Source of the DNA: Strigamia acuminata
Lineage: Eukaryota
Assembly: GCA_949358305.1 (NCBI GenBank)
Contig: OX442314.1
Coordinates: 14,508,001 to 14,572,000, forward strand
Direction: 5' to 3'
DNA length: 64,000 bases
Below the pieces are notes generated by a model, which worked only from the letters and a program-made list of their open reading frames with translations, was not told the origin of the DNA and ran no database searches. The stretch's first letter is position 1; the number at the start of each line of letters is the position of its first letter. Shown here one piece after another: positions 61,638 to 64,000 of this stretch. The position numbers and the translations under genes were made by a program.

Positions 61638-62210
61638 ATGGACAGCGTGCGGACGATTTGCCGCGCTCCAGTGCGTCGGCGCGGCGGCGTGATGAGGCTC
61701 ATTTGCGGTGTCGCGCTTTTCGCCTCGATTTTAATGTACATGTGTCTTTTACGTAACCAAATCGAGGACGAAGCGAGCAACTTGCCGGGTCGGACGTTCG
61801 TGCGTAACAGCTTGTTAAAGGGATTTTATTTGGAGTCGGATCAGTGGCGACTGACCGATACTGGACATCGAGTGAATTCGGAAGGTGTGAGGCATTTGAT
61901 GGCCGACAGAAGGAAATTGGAATTTTTCGGAGAGGACGGCGACGAGTTGATAGATTCGATAAGTTGTAACACGATCGGGGACATCGAGGAGCGTGAATTT
62001 TTAGCGGCCGGATGGACTAAAGCCGTTTACAGTGGGCGCTATCACAAGCATTTGTTGGCCGTCAAAGTGGTCAACACCAACGGACATGATCTGCAGGCGT
62101 GTTTGCGTGAAAAAGGAGACAGTTTTCAGGATTGTTATCGAAAATCGGCCGCGAAAATCCTCAAGGAGATCGTTCTGTTCAAACAACTCGTCCATGACAA
62201 TATGCTCAAG
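61638..62210 (+). CDS. PKDCC: PKDCC/VLK-like extracellular tyrosine kinase, exon 1 (partial gene; no further exon recognised in the window)
   Basis: Basic N-terminus plus hydrophobic signal/anchor (LICGVALFASILMYMCLL); G(W/Y)TKAVY loop, AVK lysine, GHDLxxC...CYRxxAxKxLKExVL...LxHxNxL, as in PKDCC; donor AAG|GTTTGC at 62211. Confidence 0.87.
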
Positions 62211-63170
62211 GTTTGCATTTTTTTTATTCCCCGTTTTTAAAAACTAAAACAAAAGAAAAGAAAAGAATATTCTCTTTTTTTGTTCACTTTTTTATCTGTT
62301 TTCTGTGTTTGTATTTATTAAAATTGGTTTAAGTGTTGACAGGAATAAATTTAAAAAGGGGGATAGAAATAACAGGTTTGCAGTTATGGTGGGGAAAAAA
62401 AAAATATTTAATGAAAATCTACAATTTTTTTTTTTGTTTTGGTTTTTGAAAGACATAAATCAATTTTTTGGAATTTTTGAGGCTAAATTTGTTACATAGT
62501 ATTAAAAAGGCAGTGAAAGAATGATTAAACATAATAAAAATAGAAATAAAAATTAGGAAAAAAAGAAGGGAAATTAAGTGTTTGGTGTAAGTAAAAGTGT
62601 GTGCCTTGGAGACGTGGACGTCTAGTCCATCAATCTTTATCGTAACAGGCCATTTGAGGCTTATAATTTACGAGCTTACCTGGAGGCGGGTACTGGGGAA
62701 ACTGCAATCACGTATACCTGGCCAACCTGGTCTATAAAGTACCGGTTAAAAAGAAAACTCCCTGCTGCGCGAGGAAAAAACGAAATAGAAATTCGCCAAT
62801 GAATTTGCTGTGGTAATTTGACATTTTCTGAACATTTGGGTAGGGAAAAGGTGACTAAGCGTCCCGTATGGTATGAGAATATTGTCTCATTGTCTCGAAA
62901 AATGACTGCAGGATACAATTGTCTCATGTTGAAAACTAGATTGGAATTTTGAGAGGTCATTTGTTTGGATAAGTATATTCAATTAATTTACGATGAAATT
63001 GTTATTCTAGAAATTTTTTGAATTATTTTCATTAAAAATTGAATTGATTTAGTTAAAATTAAATTATGTAAGGAAAAATTTTTTTTAAGGTATAGATTGA
63101 GTTTTAAAACAAATATCAAGTTTTCAAGTAAAAATGTGATATTTCTAGTAAAGTTTAGACATTTTGAATA

Positions 63171-63527
63171 AAATTGGAATTTTTCTGGTAAAACTGGAAT
63201 TATTCTGGTAAAACTGGAATTTTTCTCGTAAAACTGGAATTATTCTGGTAAAACTGGAATTTTTTGGTAAAACTAGAATTTTTTTGGTAAAACTGGAATT
63301 TTTCTGGTAAAACTGGAATTTTTCTGGTTAAACTGGAATTTTTCTGGGTAAATTGGAATTTTTCTGGGTAAATTGGAATTTTTCTGGGTAAATTGGAATT
63401 TTTCTGGTTAAATTGGAATTTTTCTGGGTAAATTGGAATTTTTCTGGGTAAATTGGAATTTTTCTTGGTAAATTGGAATTTTTCTGGGTAAATTGGAATT
63501 TTTCTGGGTAAATTGGAATTTTTCTGG
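63171..63527. repeat. Minisatellite, about 18 copies of a ~20-bp unit (AATTGGAATTTTTCTGGGTA / AAACTGGAATTTTTCTGGTA)
   Basis: Direct tandem copies without spacers; two sub-variants in successive blocks; lies in the first intron of the PKDCC-like gene. Confidence 0.93.
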
Positions 63528-64000
63528 TGCAGTTGAAATTTTTCAAATAAAATATAAATTTATCAAAGAAAAAACGATTTTTAGAGCATAGTTGAAATTT
63601 TTTTCAAATAAAATATAAATTTTTCAAGCAAAAAATGATTTTTCAAGTAAAAGTTGAATTCGTAGTGGATTCAATAATTGATCTTTTTTTGTTATTTGAA
63701 GCCCACTTTTCCAGCTCCGTGAATTCTTCCATTTTCACAATCCCAGTATTACAAAACGCAAACCCTGGAAAGAAACTCCATCCCACATTCTTCCACTAAA
63801 ACTTTAAAAAAAAATAATAATCGTGAAGAAATGTCTATTCAACCAAACAAAACAACTCAAATTTTAATTGGCCTTTGTCTCACCAGAGGTTTCGGCTTAT
63901 GCTAATCCCTGTTGATGAATGCCCAACGGAAAACGAAAAAAACGCAAGGATTGTAATTTTCTAATTGACCTGATTAAATATTGACACTTAGGGTAGGCAT

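Noticed and set aside
63171..63546. Repeat array as CRISPR, and the repetitive 72-aa ORF 63328-63546
   Set aside because: Units are contiguous with no unique spacers, there are no cas genes and the context is eukaryotic; the ORF is just the translated minisatellite.

Overview
AT-rich animal genomic DNA, probably an arthropod or other protostome (inferred from a Drosophila-type 9-EGF Delta with QNEQN and KQLNTD intracellular motifs). It holds three protein-coding genes. (1) A complete 10-exon Notch ligand Delta on the minus strand (CDS 10031->4023, 831 aa) with a TATA/Inr promoter near 10652-10684 and a vertebrate-like ATEV PDZ-binding end. (2) A FAM120B-like PIN/XPG-fold gene on the plus strand, head-to-head with Delta (CDS 31901->55835, 595 aa), with one 21.9 kb intron and three tiny ones. 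(3) The first coding exon of a PKDCC/VLK-like secreted kinase (61638-62210, +). Non-coding DNA includes a 1.33 kb TA-flanked element with 427-bp inverted repeats, two copies of a 184-bp pogo/Tigger-like MITE and two minisatellites. The most interesting signal is regulatory. The Delta-FAM120B pair mirrors the human DLL1-FAM120B arrangement. The intergenic DNA and FAM120 introns are rich in Su(H)/CSL sites, E-boxes and a recurring Hes-site/1-nt/E-box composite, and the Delta 3' region has three Pumilio elements. Together this suggests an ancient genomic regulatory block wiring Notch feedback onto Delta. Gene models were spliced by eye and motif counts are manual; no database search was run.
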